DNA of 64,000 nucleotides, from NCBI GenBank assembly GCA_030141605.1, contig JAQGDQ010000365.1, positions 106,643 to 170,642 of the forward strand, given 5' to 3'. This document shows positions 9,861-20,735 of the stretch, in pieces. This DNA comes from Tubiluchus corallicola. Lineage: Eukaryota; Animalia; Priapulida. Position numbers and translations under genes: made by a program. Position 1 is the stretch's first letter, and each line of letters opens with the position of its first letter. Under the pieces are notes generated by a model. It was not told the origin of the DNA. It saw only the letters and a program-made list of their open reading frames with translations, and did no database searches.

Positions 9861-10394
9861 TTAAAAGAGCTTACGCACCTCCTTTTTTAATTCGTTTAAA
9901 GCGACACTTACAGGTTGGTCTTTCTGCTCTATATACAGCTCTATCACTTTTTTATTAAGGTCTACTCCTGTAGCGTTACTATCGAGGTTTTCTGCTGCTA
10001 TGTTGATAATCCTTACCAGAGACTCCTTTGCCACCTTTAACGCTTCCCATGCTATCGGAGATACATATATCTGTTGAGACAAATTGTGCTCATACTCTTG
10101 TCTGATATCGTGCAAAAGCTCACTATGATACTCTTCTGGAGTTTTATTCTGTGGCGATAAGCGGCTTAGCAGCGACTGGGGTGAGATTCTTTCAAGTAGC
10201 AGGGTTAGCCGTTCATACGCCTGTAAGCGTATGGGGGATAATTTTCCCTGGCTCTGTACACGAAATTCAAACTCTCTTTGCCGTTGTAGATTTTCTATCA
10301 TATCTTTGAAGAAGAAATATGCTGTAAGAAAAACCACCAGTGCCGGCAGTGTTATTTTCAATATTTCTATAAATGTATTAGAATTGCTTGTCAT
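9861..10394 (-). CDS. Conserved Bacteroidota hypothetical membrane-anchored protein
   Basis: N-terminal TM segment, RLQAYERLTLLLERI and EYEHNLSQQIYVS motifs. Confidence 0.7.
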   Translation of the reverse strand: MTSNSNTFIEILKITLPALVVFLTAYFFFKDMIENLQRQREFEFRVQSQGKLSPIRLQAYERLTLLLERISPQSLLSRLSPQNKTPEEYHSELLHDIRQEYEHNLSQQIYVSPIAWEALKVAKESLVRIINIAAENLDSNATGVDLNKKVIELYIEQKDQPVSVALNELKKEVRKLF

Positions 10395-10606
10395 ATCCTT
10401 AAAGCGTTTATCTGTTTCTACTCCTGTAGTACCAGTCAGCCACTACGCTGGGAGAGATGCGAAATTTACGAACAAAAAATATTTTTTTCGGTTTTTCTGC
10501 GGAAATATTGATAATAATTAAGGAAATTTGAAAATTATTTTTCACTATTTTGAGTATGGTGAATGGAACTTTATCTACTTAAAAAAATATTTGAAGCAAA
10601 AATATT

Positions 10607-11800
10607 ATGATAAAAATATCTAATCGTGTTGATAGGCTGTCTCCTTCGGCAACATTGGCAATGGCTCAAAAAAGCCGTGAGTTAAAAGAACAGGGTGTAG
10701 ATGTGATAAACTTGACTGTGGGAGAGCCCGATTTTAACACTCCTGATTTTATAAAAGAGGCGGCAAAAAGTGCTATTGATAATAACTATTCCCGCTACTC
10801 ACCGGTATCGGGGTACCCGGTTTTGCGTGAAGCTATTGTGAAAAAGCTGAAAAGAGATAACGGGCTTGATTACACTATTGATCAAATATCGGTATCAAAC
10901 GGAGCAAAACATGCGCTTGCTAACGTCCTGCAGGTTGTTGTTGATGATGGTGATGAGGTAATTGTCCCTTCCCCCTACTGGGTAACTTATGTTGAGTTGG
11001 TAAAGCTGTCTGGAGGCAGGAATGTGGTAATAGAAGCTGGTGTGGGTAATGATTTTAAAATAACTCCTGAGCAGCTTGAAGCGGCAATTACACCCAAGAC
11101 ACGCGCACTCCTATTTAGTAGCCCCAGTAATCCTACCGGAAAGCTTTATACCAGGGAAGAGCTGAGAGCGTTTGCCGATATTTTAGCGAAACACCCGAAT
11201 ATCATCACTATTTCTGATGAAATTTATGAGTATATTGTATACAATGGGAAGCATGAGTCTATTGCAAGCTTTGACAACATACACGATAGGGTTGTAGTTG
11301 TAAATGGAGTGTCTAAAGCGTATGCCATGACCGGGTATAGGATCGGGTATATTGCTGCCGCCTCCTGGATTGTAAAAGCGTGTAACAAGCTTCAGGGGCA
11401 GTACACTTCAGGTCCTAACTCTGTGGCGCAGATCGCCTCCGCTGTTGCTGTAAATTCCAATGGAGAAGAGGTGCGGAGCATGGTAGCTAAGTTTTTGGAG
11501 AGAAAAGAGCTGATAACTGCCCTTATGTCGAAAATACCGGGGTTAAAGCTCAGTAACCCTGATGGTGCTTTTTACCTGTTCCCCGACGTTACCTACTACT
11601 TTGGGAAGAAATATAAGGATACTGTGATTAAAAACGCTGATGACATGAGCATGTACCTGCTTAATGAAGCATATGTGGGAACAGTTTCCGGAACCAGCTT
11701 TGGCTGCTCTGACTGCATTCGCCTTTCGTATGCAGCATCAGAAGCGGAGTTAACAAAGGCGGCAGAAAGGATAGGTAAAGCTCTTGCCAATTTGAAGTAA
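10607..11800 (+). CDS. aspC: Aspartate aminotransferase (class I/II PLP)
   Basis: GEPDF, PSNPTG, SDEIY, SKAYAMTGYRIG motifs. Confidence 0.9.
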   Translation: MIKISNRVDRLSPSATLAMAQKSRELKEQGVDVINLTVGEPDFNTPDFIKEAAKSAIDNNYSRYSPVSGYPVLREAIVKKLKRDNGLDYTIDQISVSNGAKHALANVLQVVVDDGDEVIVPSPYWVTYVELVKLSGGRNVVIEAGVGNDFKITPEQLEAAITPKTRALLFSSPSNPTGKLYTREELRAFADILAKHPNIITISDEIYEYIVYNGKHESIASFDNIHDRVVVVNGVSKAYAMTGYRIGYIAAASWIVKACNKLQGQYTSGPNSVAQIASAVAVNSNGEEVRSMVAKFLERKELITALMSKIPGLKLSNPDGAFYLFPDVTYYFGKKYKDTVIKNADDMSMYLLNEAYVGTVSGTSFGCSDCIRLSYAASEAELTKAAERIGKALANLK

Positions 11801-11982
11801 GCATTTTAATAGCGAAGACTTTGTCTATATGCTTAAAAAAAGAGCAGAATAGGCAAGAAGAGTATTGATTAAGAAGATATGGCCCGGGCTTACTTGCAGC
11901 TTGGATAGACAACTCCTACACTTACTGATTGCTCATTCTTACTTTATACCTTTGCCTTATAATACTTTGAAAACTACTTGTA

Positions 11983-13569
11983 ATGGATTTACTGTCTTCA
12001 AACTATTTTGCCCTGTTTTTAATTATAACACTTGGGTTTTTTCTTGGGCGGTTCAGGATTCTGGGAGTATCGCTTGATATCTCTGCAGTTATCTTTGTTG
12101 CTCTTGTTTTTGGACACTACGGTGTGGTTATTCCAAAAGACTTTGAGACGATTGGCTTAATACTTTTCTTATTTACTGTAGGACTACAGGCCGGTCCGGG
12201 ATTTTTTGGTGCATTCCGCGAAAAAGGTAAGAACCTTATTGGCTTAGCACTTATACTTACTGTGCTGGCGGGGCTTATAACGTGGAGTGTTTCTTATCTG
12301 TTCGGTATTGAAAAGGAGATCGCAGTGGGGCTGTTTACAGGTGCTCTTACCAGTACTCCCGGACTTGCGGCGGCTATTGATGTTACCGACTCTCCTGTGG
12401 CATCTATAGGATATGGGGTTGTTTATCCACTGGGGGTTATAAGTGTTATTATTATCATAAAATTTCTCCCCAAAATATTGCGGCTGGATATTTATGAAGC
12501 AGAAAAGGCACATGAAAGCAGTATCAAGTCACAGCATCCTGAGATAGTATGGAGCATATTTGTAGTAGAGAATGATAGCGTAGTTGGTAAAAGCATAGCT
12601 GAGCTTCGAATTCGGCATATGACCAGTGCTGTTATTTCGAGGGTTATGCATAATGGGAATGCCTTTTCCCCGGCGCCGGAAACCATTTTGTATAAAGGCG
12701 ATATAATAAAAGCGGTAGGCACAAAAGGTGCGCTTAAGCGTGTTGAAATCCTAATAGGTTCTAAAACGAACAGGAGAATACCCCGGAGCCATCAGTTTGA
12801 TGTACGCTCAGTGCTGGTATCCAACTCTGCCGTTGTGAACATGACACTTGGAGAGCTAAATCTTCATAGTACTTATGGTGCAAATATAACACGTATTCGT
12901 AGGGCGGGTATAGATCTCTCTCCAACACCTCAGTCGAGACTAAAATTCGGAGATAAGCTAATACTTGCATGTGCTAAGGAAAATATGAAGCATGTGGTAC
13001 ATCTCTTTGGGAATGATGACAAGCGCCTTTCTGACACAGATTTTCTGCCAATCTCATTAGGCATTGTTACAGGTGTACTGCTTGGAAATATAAAACTCTC
13101 TCTGGGCTCATTTTCGTTAAGTCTTGGGCTGTCTGGTGGCGTGCTGTTGGCTTCGCTTATACTTGGCAGGATTGGTAAAACTGGCCCTATTTTGTGGACA
13201 ATGACCGGAGCAGCCAATAACTTGTTACGCCAACTGGGATTATTACTCTTTTTATCATCGGTAGGAACAAATGCCGGGTTATATATAGCAGATACTTTTA
13301 TGGAGCACGGAGCGATACTATTCTTTGCAGGATTGGCAATTACTGTACTTCCTATGCTTGCTGTAGCTGCTTATTCCAAGTATATTTTAAAGATGGATAT
13401 TCTCACATTGCTTGGTGCAATTACCGGCAGTATGACCAGTACACCGGGATTGGCTACAGTTGACTCGATGAGCCACACCAACGCTCCAGCAGTGGCTTAC
13501 GCAACGGTTTATCCGGCAGCAATGGTATTTGTGATTGTTGTAGTACAGCTATTGGTAATGTGCTTATAG
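11983..13569 (+). CDS. YidE/YbjL aspartate:alanine exchanger family transporter with two RCK_C (TrkA-C) domains
   Basis: Duplicated GALTSTPGL / GSMTSTPGL motifs, hydrophobic ends, central soluble RCK-like region. Confidence 0.85.
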   Translation: MDLLSSNYFALFLIITLGFFLGRFRILGVSLDISAVIFVALVFGHYGVVIPKDFETIGLILFLFTVGLQAGPGFFGAFREKGKNLIGLALILTVLAGLITWSVSYLFGIEKEIAVGLFTGALTSTPGLAAAIDVTDSPVASIGYGVVYPLGVISVIIIIKFLPKILRLDIYEAEKAHESSIKSQHPEIVWSIFVVENDSVVGKSIAELRIRHMTSAVISRVMHNGNAFSPAPETILYKGDIIKAVGTKGALKRVEILIGSKTNRRIPRSHQFDVRSVLVSNSAVVNMTLGELNLHSTYGANITRIRRAGIDLSPTPQSRLKFGDKLILACAKENMKHVVHLFGNDDKRLSDTDFLPISLGIVTGVLLGNIKLSLGSFSLSLGLSGGVLLASLILGRIGKTGPILWTMTGAANNLLRQLGLLLFLSSVGTNAGLYIADTFMEHGAILFFAGLAITVLPMLAVAAYSKYILKMDILTLLGAITGSMTSTPGLATVDSMSHTNAPAVAYATVYPAAMVFVIVVVQLLVMCL

Positions 13570-13604
13570 TGAGCTTGTTTAACTCCGGATATAACTATCT
13601 CTGA

Positions 13605-13716
13605 TAGGCCTTTGCAAAACTCATCTTTTTAATGTTTTCGCTAAACCCTCATTTACATTAGTCAACTACTATTTTTCCTCCGTCTGAGCCAATATATTTT
13701 GTCTTGCAAATGTCTC
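13605..13716. mobile_element. Degenerate MITE with GAGACCTTTGCAA-like (IS5-family, ISPg1/IS1106-like) ends
   Basis: taggcctttgcaaaac ... ttgcaaatgtctc imperfect terminal IR. Related to 16240-16364 and 25260-25397. Confidence 0.5.
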
Positions 13717-13817
13717 ATCTCTTATTATTATCTGCAGGCGTCAAAATTTTGACTAAATTTGCCTGTATAATCTAATTAGGACTGAACAGCCCGCTTTTAA
13801 TAAAGTTACTTAGTAGC

Positions 13818-16229
13818 ATGACAACAAAAAGCAAGCCCGTAAATAAAATGAGAAAACCTGCAATGTATAAATCGAAAAGTAGTGTGAGGAAGATAAGAGG
13901 TGGAGTATCAATAATATTATTTTTTTTCTCTGTTTACCTTGTTTTAATACTCTTCTCGTTTTTACTCCATGGTAAAACCGATTACAACAGTTTACAATAT
14001 TTAGTGCAAGAGCAGGTGTCGGGTTCAGATACTAATATCAGTAATCTGGGAGGGAAAATGGGGGCAAGAATTTCAAATAAGCTTATAAACGATGGGTTTG
14101 GGATTCCTGCCTTTGGTATTGTTTATCTTCTTTTAGTGCTAGCGTTACGCTTGTCTGATACTGCAAAGGTTTCGCTTAGAAAGAGTTTTGGATATGGAGT
14201 ATTTGCCATTGTCTGGGCCTCTGTAATACTCGGCTATATTTTTGCTCCCAAAAATACATTTCTGCTTCCCGGTGGGGCGTATGGGCTAGTGATAAGCAGC
14301 TGGTTAAATTCAATGATTGGAAAGGTAGGCACTTTCTTTGTTCTCATTTCCGGCATACTTCTGTGCATTACCATAGCTTTTGATAGTTTCTGGGCAAAAC
14401 TTAAAAGTTGGGCAGATAAAAAAACTAAACTGGTAAAAAAGTGGGGGGGATTTTTATCTGACAGTGAAATACCTGGTGAGTCTGCGGCCCCCGTTGTGGA
14501 TGTGGAAGATAAAGCATATGCGAAAGTATCCGTTGACGATTCGGTAGAGCTTGTTTTTGCATCTGGCATGAAAAAAGGGGAAGAGGATGTAGCGCTTAGC
14601 CGGGCCGATAACCGGGGGACAGAGTCTAAAGCAGAGGTTAAAGAAGGTAAAGCTTCTGGGCTTGAACTTGAAGTAGCTCAAAGAAAAGAGGAGGAGTCGT
14701 TTGAGGAGGTAAAGAATAAGGAGCAGGAGGAGTATGACCCTACATTAGATCTGTCCAGGTATAAGTTCCCTACGCTTGATTTAATGGAGGAGTATTCGAC
14801 AGGCAATCCACAGGTGTCGAATGAAGAGCTTATTGCCAATAAAAATAGAATTGTTCAGACTCTTAAAGACTATAGCATTGAAATTATAAAAATAAAGGCA
14901 ACTACTGGTCCCACAATAACGCTGTATGAGATAGTTCCGGCACCGGGTGTAAGAATATCAAAAATAAAGAATCTTGAGGATGACATAGCCCTTAGCCTCT
15001 CAGCCCTCGGCATAAGAATTATTGCTCCTATTCCTGGGAAAGGAACAGTGGGTATTGAGGTTCCAAACAGAAAACCTGAAGTGGTCTCCATGCGCTCAAT
15101 TATCGCATCTAAAGTGTTCCAGGAATCGGAATATGAATTGCCGCTGGCGCTTGGCAAAACAATATCTAACGAAACGTTTACCGTAAACCTTGCAAAGATG
15201 CCCCATATTCTTGTTGCTGGTGCTACAGGACAGGGTAAGTCGGTGGGGTTGAATGCAATAATAACATCACTGCTTTATAAAAAGCACCCTTCTCAACTAA
15301 AGTTTGTTTTTGTCGATCCTAAAAAGGTTGAACTCAACCTTTATTCAATAATTGAAAAGCACTTTCTTGCAAAGATGCCTGACGAAGATGATGCAATTAT
15401 CACTGATGTACAAAAGGTTAAAAATGCATTAAACTCGGTAAATGTTGAGATGGACATGAGGTATGATCTTCTCAAAAAAGCTCACGCAAGAAACATAAAG
15501 GAGTATAATCAAAAATTTATTTCAAGAAAACTCAATCCTGAAAACGGACATATGTACCTGCCGTATATTGTTGTTGTTGTTGATGAGTTTGCAGATCTGA
15601 TAATGACTGCCGGCAAAGAGATAGAGCTGCCAATAGCCAGAATTGCCCAGCTTGCACGTGCAGTAGGTATTCACATGGTAATTGCGACACAGCGCCCCTC
15701 AACCAATATCATCACGGGGGTGATAAAAGCCAACTTCCCTGCCAGGATAGCGTTTAGAGTGGCATCAATGATCGACTCAAGGACAATACTGGATACTCCC
15801 GGTGCAAACCAACTGATAGGAAAGGGAGATATGCTTGTCTCTACAGGCAGCAGTCTGACGAGGGTACAATGTGCCTTTGTCGATACTCCGGAAGTTGAAG
15901 CCATTGCTCGTTACATCAGCGAACAGCCCGGGTATCCCACTGCATTTATGTTGCCTGAATTTCATGGTGAAAACGGTAATGGGGATACTGTGGCCGATTT
16001 GCAAGACAAGGACGGCTTTTTTGAAGAGGCGGCCAGGCTGGTCGTTCTTAACCAAACAGGTTCAACCTCCGCGATACAGCGTAAGTTATCTATAGGATAT
16101 AATCGGGCAGGTAGAATAATGGATCAGTTGGAGGTGGCAGGTATTGTAGGGCCCAGTGATGGAAGTAAAGCGCGACAGGTATTGATACAGGATGAGTACT
16201 CTTTGGAGAAGATGCTTAATAGTGTATAA
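13818..16229 (+). CDS. ftsK: DNA translocase FtsK
   Basis: N-terminal TMs, Walker A GATGQGKS, VVDEFADL, gamma domain IGYNRAGRIMDQLE. Confidence 0.95.
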   Translation: MTTKSKPVNKMRKPAMYKSKSSVRKIRGGVSIILFFFSVYLVLILFSFLLHGKTDYNSLQYLVQEQVSGSDTNISNLGGKMGARISNKLINDGFGIPAFGIVYLLLVLALRLSDTAKVSLRKSFGYGVFAIVWASVILGYIFAPKNTFLLPGGAYGLVISSWLNSMIGKVGTFFVLISGILLCITIAFDSFWAKLKSWADKKTKLVKKWGGFLSDSEIPGESAAPVVDVEDKAYAKVSVDDSVELVFASGMKKGEEDVALSRADNRGTESKAEVKEGKASGLELEVAQRKEEESFEEVKNKEQEEYDPTLDLSRYKFPTLDLMEEYSTGNPQVSNEELIANKNRIVQTLKDYSIEIIKIKATTGPTITLYEIVPAPGVRISKIKNLEDDIALSLSALGIRIIAPIPGKGTVGIEVPNRKPEVVSMRSIIASKVFQESEYELPLALGKTISNETFTVNLAKMPHILVAGATGQGKSVGLNAIITSLLYKKHPSQLKFVFVDPKKVELNLYSIIEKHFLAKMPDEDDAIITDVQKVKNALNSVNVEMDMRYDLLKKAHARNIKEYNQKFISRKLNPENGHMYLPYIVVVVDEFADLIMTAGKEIELPIARIAQLARAVGIHMVIATQRPSTNIITGVIKANFPARIAFRVASMIDSRTILDTPGANQLIGKGDMLVSTGSSLTRVQCAFVDTPEVEAIARYISEQPGYPTAFMLPEFHGENGNGDTVADLQDKDGFFEEAARLVVLNQTGSTSAIQRKLSIGYNRAGRIMDQLEVAGIVGPSDGSKARQVLIQDEYSLEKMLNSV

Positions 16230-16239
16230 AATGGTCCTG

Positions 16240-16364
16240 TTAGCATTTACAAAGCTTTTTTAAATAGCTATCTGGGTTATTGAATGAAAGCTTTTAGCAA
16301 AATGAGAGCTCGAAGAGAGCCTTTACGAAGGCGCTAATAAAAAGATGGGTTTTGTAAAGGGTTC
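16240..16364. mobile_element. Degenerate MITE, same family as 13605-13716, opposite orientation
   Basis: ataaaaagatgggttttgtaaagggttc is approximately the reverse complement of aggcctttgcaaaactcatctttttaat. Confidence 0.45.
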
Positions 16365-16418
16365 AAGTGGTGATCATTTTGCACGATGAGGGATTATTGA
16401 AAATTAAAATATACACAG

Positions 16419-17069
16419 ATGAAAAAATATGTGCTGCTAATCTTGTCTTTAATATTCGCAATGTGGGCCTTTGGGCAAAAGGATCAAAAGGCAGAAAGAA
16501 TTCTTAACGAACTGCATAAAAGGATAAAGGAGTATTCGACAATTCAGGTAGAGTTTGATTTTGAACTGAAAAGCGCCGGGGGAGGGGTAAGTGATTCTAA
16601 TAAAGGGACAGTGGCAATTAAAGGGGAGCTATACAGGTTGAACATGCCTATACTGGGGATGGAGATTTTCTCCAACGGGGTAACTGCATGGAATTATATG
16701 AGTGAAGCGGAAGAGGTAAGTATTACGGAAGTAGATGCTGATGACGATGGCTTTCTAAATCCTGCAAACATATTTACAGCATATAAAGAGGGGTTTAACT
16801 ATAAATATGTAGATGAAAAATTAATAAATGGGGAGAAGGCGTATATCATTGATATTTTTCCAGAAAATGATGATAAGGACTTCTCAAAAATGCGTCTGTT
16901 TATTGGCAAAGATAATTATATGATTATAAAGGCGCAGACATTTGGTAAGGGTGGCAACATCTATTCTATAGAGGTAAAATCTATGAAAACCGATACTAAC
17001 CTTTCGGACTCATACTTCAGGTTTGAACCTGAAGACTATCCGGGTGTTGAAGTTATAGATATGCGTTAG
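16419..17069 (+). CDS. lolA: Outer-membrane lipoprotein carrier LolA
   Basis: Signal peptide, position directly after ftsK, Bacteroidota-type C-terminus PGVEVIDMR. Confidence 0.85.
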   Translation: MKKYVLLILSLIFAMWAFGQKDQKAERILNELHKRIKEYSTIQVEFDFELKSAGGGVSDSNKGTVAIKGELYRLNMPILGMEIFSNGVTAWNYMSEAEEVSITEVDADDDGFLNPANIFTAYKEGFNYKYVDEKLINGEKAYIIDIFPENDDKDFSKMRLFIGKDNYMIIKAQTFGKGGNIYSIEVKSMKTDTNLSDSYFRFEPEDYPGVEVIDMR

Positions 17070-17093
17070 GGGGCCGTGTTAATATCCTTTTCC

Positions 17094-18428
17094 GACACTG
17101 TTTCACAAAGTGTGTAAACTAAAAAAATGCCGAGGGTTTGGCTATTTATAGCTGGACCCTTTTTTCAAATATAACTAAGAACTGATTCAAGACAATGCCC
17201 CAGTTTCTGATTGGCATTGACCATTTTTTAGTTGCTTCTCTGGTTGCCAAAAATACAGATTTCATTACAGCCTGGTCTGACGGGAATGAAAGTTTGTTTT
17301 TTGTGTATTTTCTGATTTTTCCGTTGAGATTCTCAATCAGGTTGGTTGTATAAATTATCTTTCTGATTTCCAGCGGAAACTCAAAGAATACTGTTAGGTC
17401 TTCCCAGTTGTCTCGCCAGCTTTTAATTGCGTAAGAGTATTTATCCTCCCAAGCTGATGCAAAATCTTCTAAAGCTGCTTTTGCAGCCTCTTTTGTAGGG
17501 GCATTATAGATTTGCTTCATATCTTTTGTAAATGCCTTTTTATCTTTCCAAACCACGTATCTGCTTGCGTTACGGATTTGATGAACAACACATATTTGTG
17601 TTTTAGATTCAGGGAAAACAGTTCGGATAGTATCTGTAAAACCATTCAAGTTATCTATTGCCGTAATCAGGATATCGTTAACTCCACGAGCTTTCATATC
17701 GGTAAGTACGTTCATCCAAAAGGCAGCGGACTCACTCTTGCCCAACCATAAGCCAAGAACCTCTTTTTTCCCATCTCTGCGAAGTCCTACGGCAATGTAA
17801 ACGGTTTTGTTGACGACCTTAGAGTTCTCCCGCACTTTAAATACAATGCCATCCATCCAAACAATTAGGTATACAGTTTCCAGAGGTCGGTTCTGCCACG
17901 CTACAATGTCGTTGGTGACTGAATCGGTAATCCTTGATATGGTGGATGTGGAAACTTCAAAACCGTATAGCTCCCGAATTTGCTCTTCAATATCGCTATT
18001 ACTCATTCCTTTAGCATAAAACGAAACAATGATATTCTCTAAGCCATCGACCATGTTCCCTCCTTTGGGTACAATCATCGGATTAAACGAAGATCACGGT
18101 CTCGGGGAACCTGAATGTTGGATTCTCCCAGAGTGGTTCGGACTCTCTTCTTGAATAGCCATTGCGGGCATTCTGATTATCCGATTTTTGATTCTTATCA
18201 TAGCCTAAATGACCATCGAGTTCTCCTTCAAGCATCTTTTCAATGCCTCGTTTTTGGAGCTCTTGTAAAAACCATTGAGCTCTTCCCCTGAATTAAATTG
18301 TTCAAGGAAATCATCATTTAATAAATCTTCTTTTTTCATTACTGTCTAAAGTTTTAAAATTAAACAAAAAAATGCCGAGGGTTGCAACCCTCGGCATTTT
18401 CTATTTACACAGTTTATGAGATAGTGCT
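17094..18428 (-). mobile_element. IS256-family element, copy A (1335 bp)
   Basis: Imperfect IRs gacactgtttcacaaagtgtgtaaa / tttacacagtttatgagatagtgct. 8-bp target duplication ccttttcc at 17086-17093 and 18429-18436. Confidence 0.95.
17146..18339 (-). pseudogene. Frameshifted IS256 transposase
   Basis: Three 1-bp deletions versus copies B and C (near 18270, 18151, 18093). Only the C-terminal 310 aa are open. Confidence 0.85.
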
Positions 18429-18527
18429 CCTTTTCCCCCGCACTGCAAAAGAGTCGTAAGGTTATCACTCCCGCTTGCTTTGAGATTTTTGCAAAACAGT
18501 AACATTTATTTATATCAAAACTTTCAT

Positions 18528-19973
18528 TTATTCACCACCCAATTGCCCGGTTTTATTCATAGTTGTCATTCTGCCTACATCGGCAATTTCCATAAATGTA
18601 GTACCTCCACCCACTCCAAATCCGCCCCCTACATAAACCACTTGATCGGACTTATATAAGCATTTGCTTTTAACAAGGTCACTTAGCGCATGCCTTATAA
18701 GCTTATCTTTGTTCTCTTTAACCTCCATCTCATCGGAATATACTCCGTACGACAAGGCGAGCTCTCTCTTTACTCTTCCACTATGACACTTGGCATAAAC
18801 GGGCTTGTCGCTTCTAAAAGCCGATAAGTAGCGGGCGGTTCTTCCTGTAAGAGTATCGGTAACAATAGCTTTTGCATTAAGCTCTTTTGCAGCAGACACA
18901 GCAGCCTCTGCTAATATTGCAGTTGTATCTTTACTACCACGCAGCACCGGCAAATCATTACGATGATCTTTTGACGATTCAACTTCCAGCGCAATATTGG
19001 TCATCACATTCATAGCCTCAACAGAGTAATCGCCATAAGCCGTTTCTCCCGAAAGCATTATTGCGTCAGTGCGATAAAAGATAGCATTGGCAACATCACT
19101 AACCTCGGCGCGTGTTGGCCTGGGATTATTAATCATGCTATGCAACATTTGAGTGGCTATAATAACAGGCTTCTTTCTTTCCACACACTTTCTCACCAGC
19201 AATCTCTGTATGCCGGGAATCTTTTCGGATGGTATTTCAATACCTAGATCTCCTCTTGCGACCATTATTCCGTAGGCGTGGTTTAATATGCTGTCTATAT
19301 TGTTGACACCGTCAGGACTCTCAATCTTCGCAATAATTTTAATATTGCCTCCTTTGTCATTAAGTATTTTTTGAACTGCTAGCACATCTTCTTTATCTCT
19401 CACAAATGAGTGGGCAATAAAATCAATATCGTTATCCACTGCCCATTCGATGAAAAGTTTATCTTTCTCAGTAATTGCAGGCAGTGCCATATATACACCT
19501 GGCACATTGACACTTTTCTTGTTCCTTATCTCTCCGTCGTTGCCAATAACTGTCTCCACAGTGTTGTTATCCCTTTTTCCTGTTACCTTCAGTTCCAGCT
19601 CACCATCATCTATAAGTATGGAGTCGCCAACTTCTATGTTCTTTGAAAAACCATCATAATCAACATGAATAAGCCCTTGCTCTGACTTCCCCTCTCCCCC
19701 TTTTACAAGAGCAGTATCCCCCTTTTTTACCTTCATGGGAGTATCTACTCCTTCAATTCTCACCTCTGGGCCTTTGGTGTCTATTAAGATTGCGATAGAG
19801 TCCGATATTTTCCTTACATTATCGACAACCATTTTCGCGGTATCAGGCGTTTGGTGTGCAGTGTTTATTCTTACAACATTCATCCCTGCATTGTACAGGG
19901 TGCGAATAAAGTCCAGGTCACACTTTTTGTCAGATATAGTGGCGACAACCTTTGTATGTTTCTTCCTTTTCAT
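18528..19973 (-). CDS. pyk: Pyruvate kinase
   Basis: TKVVAT, DTKGPE, MVARGDLG, ATQML, PTRAE motifs. Confidence 0.95.
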   Translation of the reverse strand: MKRKKHTKVVATISDKKCDLDFIRTLYNAGMNVVRINTAHQTPDTAKMVVDNVRKISDSIAILIDTKGPEVRIEGVDTPMKVKKGDTALVKGGEGKSEQGLIHVDYDGFSKNIEVGDSILIDDGELELKVTGKRDNNTVETVIGNDGEIRNKKSVNVPGVYMALPAITEKDKLFIEWAVDNDIDFIAHSFVRDKEDVLAVQKILNDKGGNIKIIAKIESPDGVNNIDSILNHAYGIMVARGDLGIEIPSEKIPGIQRLLVRKCVERKKPVIIATQMLHSMINNPRPTRAEVSDVANAIFYRTDAIMLSGETAYGDYSVEAMNVMTNIALEVESSKDHRNDLPVLRGSKDTTAILAEAAVSAAKELNAKAIVTDTLTGRTARYLSAFRSDKPVYAKCHSGRVKRELALSYGVYSDEMEVKENKDKLIRHALSDLVKSKCLYKSDQVVYVGGGFGVGGGTTFMEIADVGRMTTMNKTGQLGGE

Positions 19974-20021
19974 ATGCAACTTAATTTTTTTTTACTTTTT
20001 ATATAATTACCTGCTTGCATG

Positions 20022-20447
20022 TTATTTCCGCATTTTAATAAAGCTCTCAATCCCTAGCCGGTACGAATCCATGCCAAAACCCATTATGCTACCTTTGCAC
20101 ACAGGCCCTATAACAGACTCGTGGCGAAAACTTTCACGTGTTAAGATATTGGACATGTGAACCTCTACAACCGGACTGCTAATTGAAGAAATAGCATCGC
20201 GTATGGCAATGGATGTATGGGTATACGCTCCGGCATTCAAGACAACTCCATCTACAGAAAATCCGACATCATGAAGTTTATTAATAATTTCCCCTTCTAC
20301 ATTGGATTGAAAATAGGACAACTCAATATTAGGAAATATCTTTATCAGTTTCGCGTAGTAGCTATCAAATGGCAACTTGCCATAAGTTTCTTTATCTCTT
20401 ATACCGAGAAGATTAAGGTTGACTCCGTTTATTACAACAATTTTCAT
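20022..20447 (-). CDS. aroQ: Type II 3-dehydroquinate dehydratase
   Basis: NGVNLNLLGIR, NAGAYTHTS, EVHMSN, RESFRH motifs. Confidence 0.95.
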   Translation of the reverse strand: MKIVVINGVNLNLLGIRDKETYGKLPFDSYYAKLIKIFPNIELSYFQSNVEGEIINKLHDVGFSVDGVVLNAGAYTHTSIAIRDAISSISSPVVEVHMSNILTRESFRHESVIGPVCKGSIMGFGMDSYRLGIESFIKMRK

Positions 20448-20735
20448 TTGGCATAAATTAATTATTCAATCACCAGGTAGTATCATGCTAATAGCAGAAT
20501 AACTATTATTAATGAGTGGTTTTATATTATTTTACGATCAATATGTTTCATTCTAAATAAAAGTTTGCTATTTTTACTAAATTATTAACATGGCTGCAGT
20601 CTGATATAGAAAGACGTAACCTATGACTAAAGCAGAATAGACTTAAAGTATTTTACTTCACTAAATTAAAACTTTTTGTCTTTGGCCAAAGCTAATTAAA
20701 ATTATTACTAAAAATTAAAAACTAAAAAAAATGCG

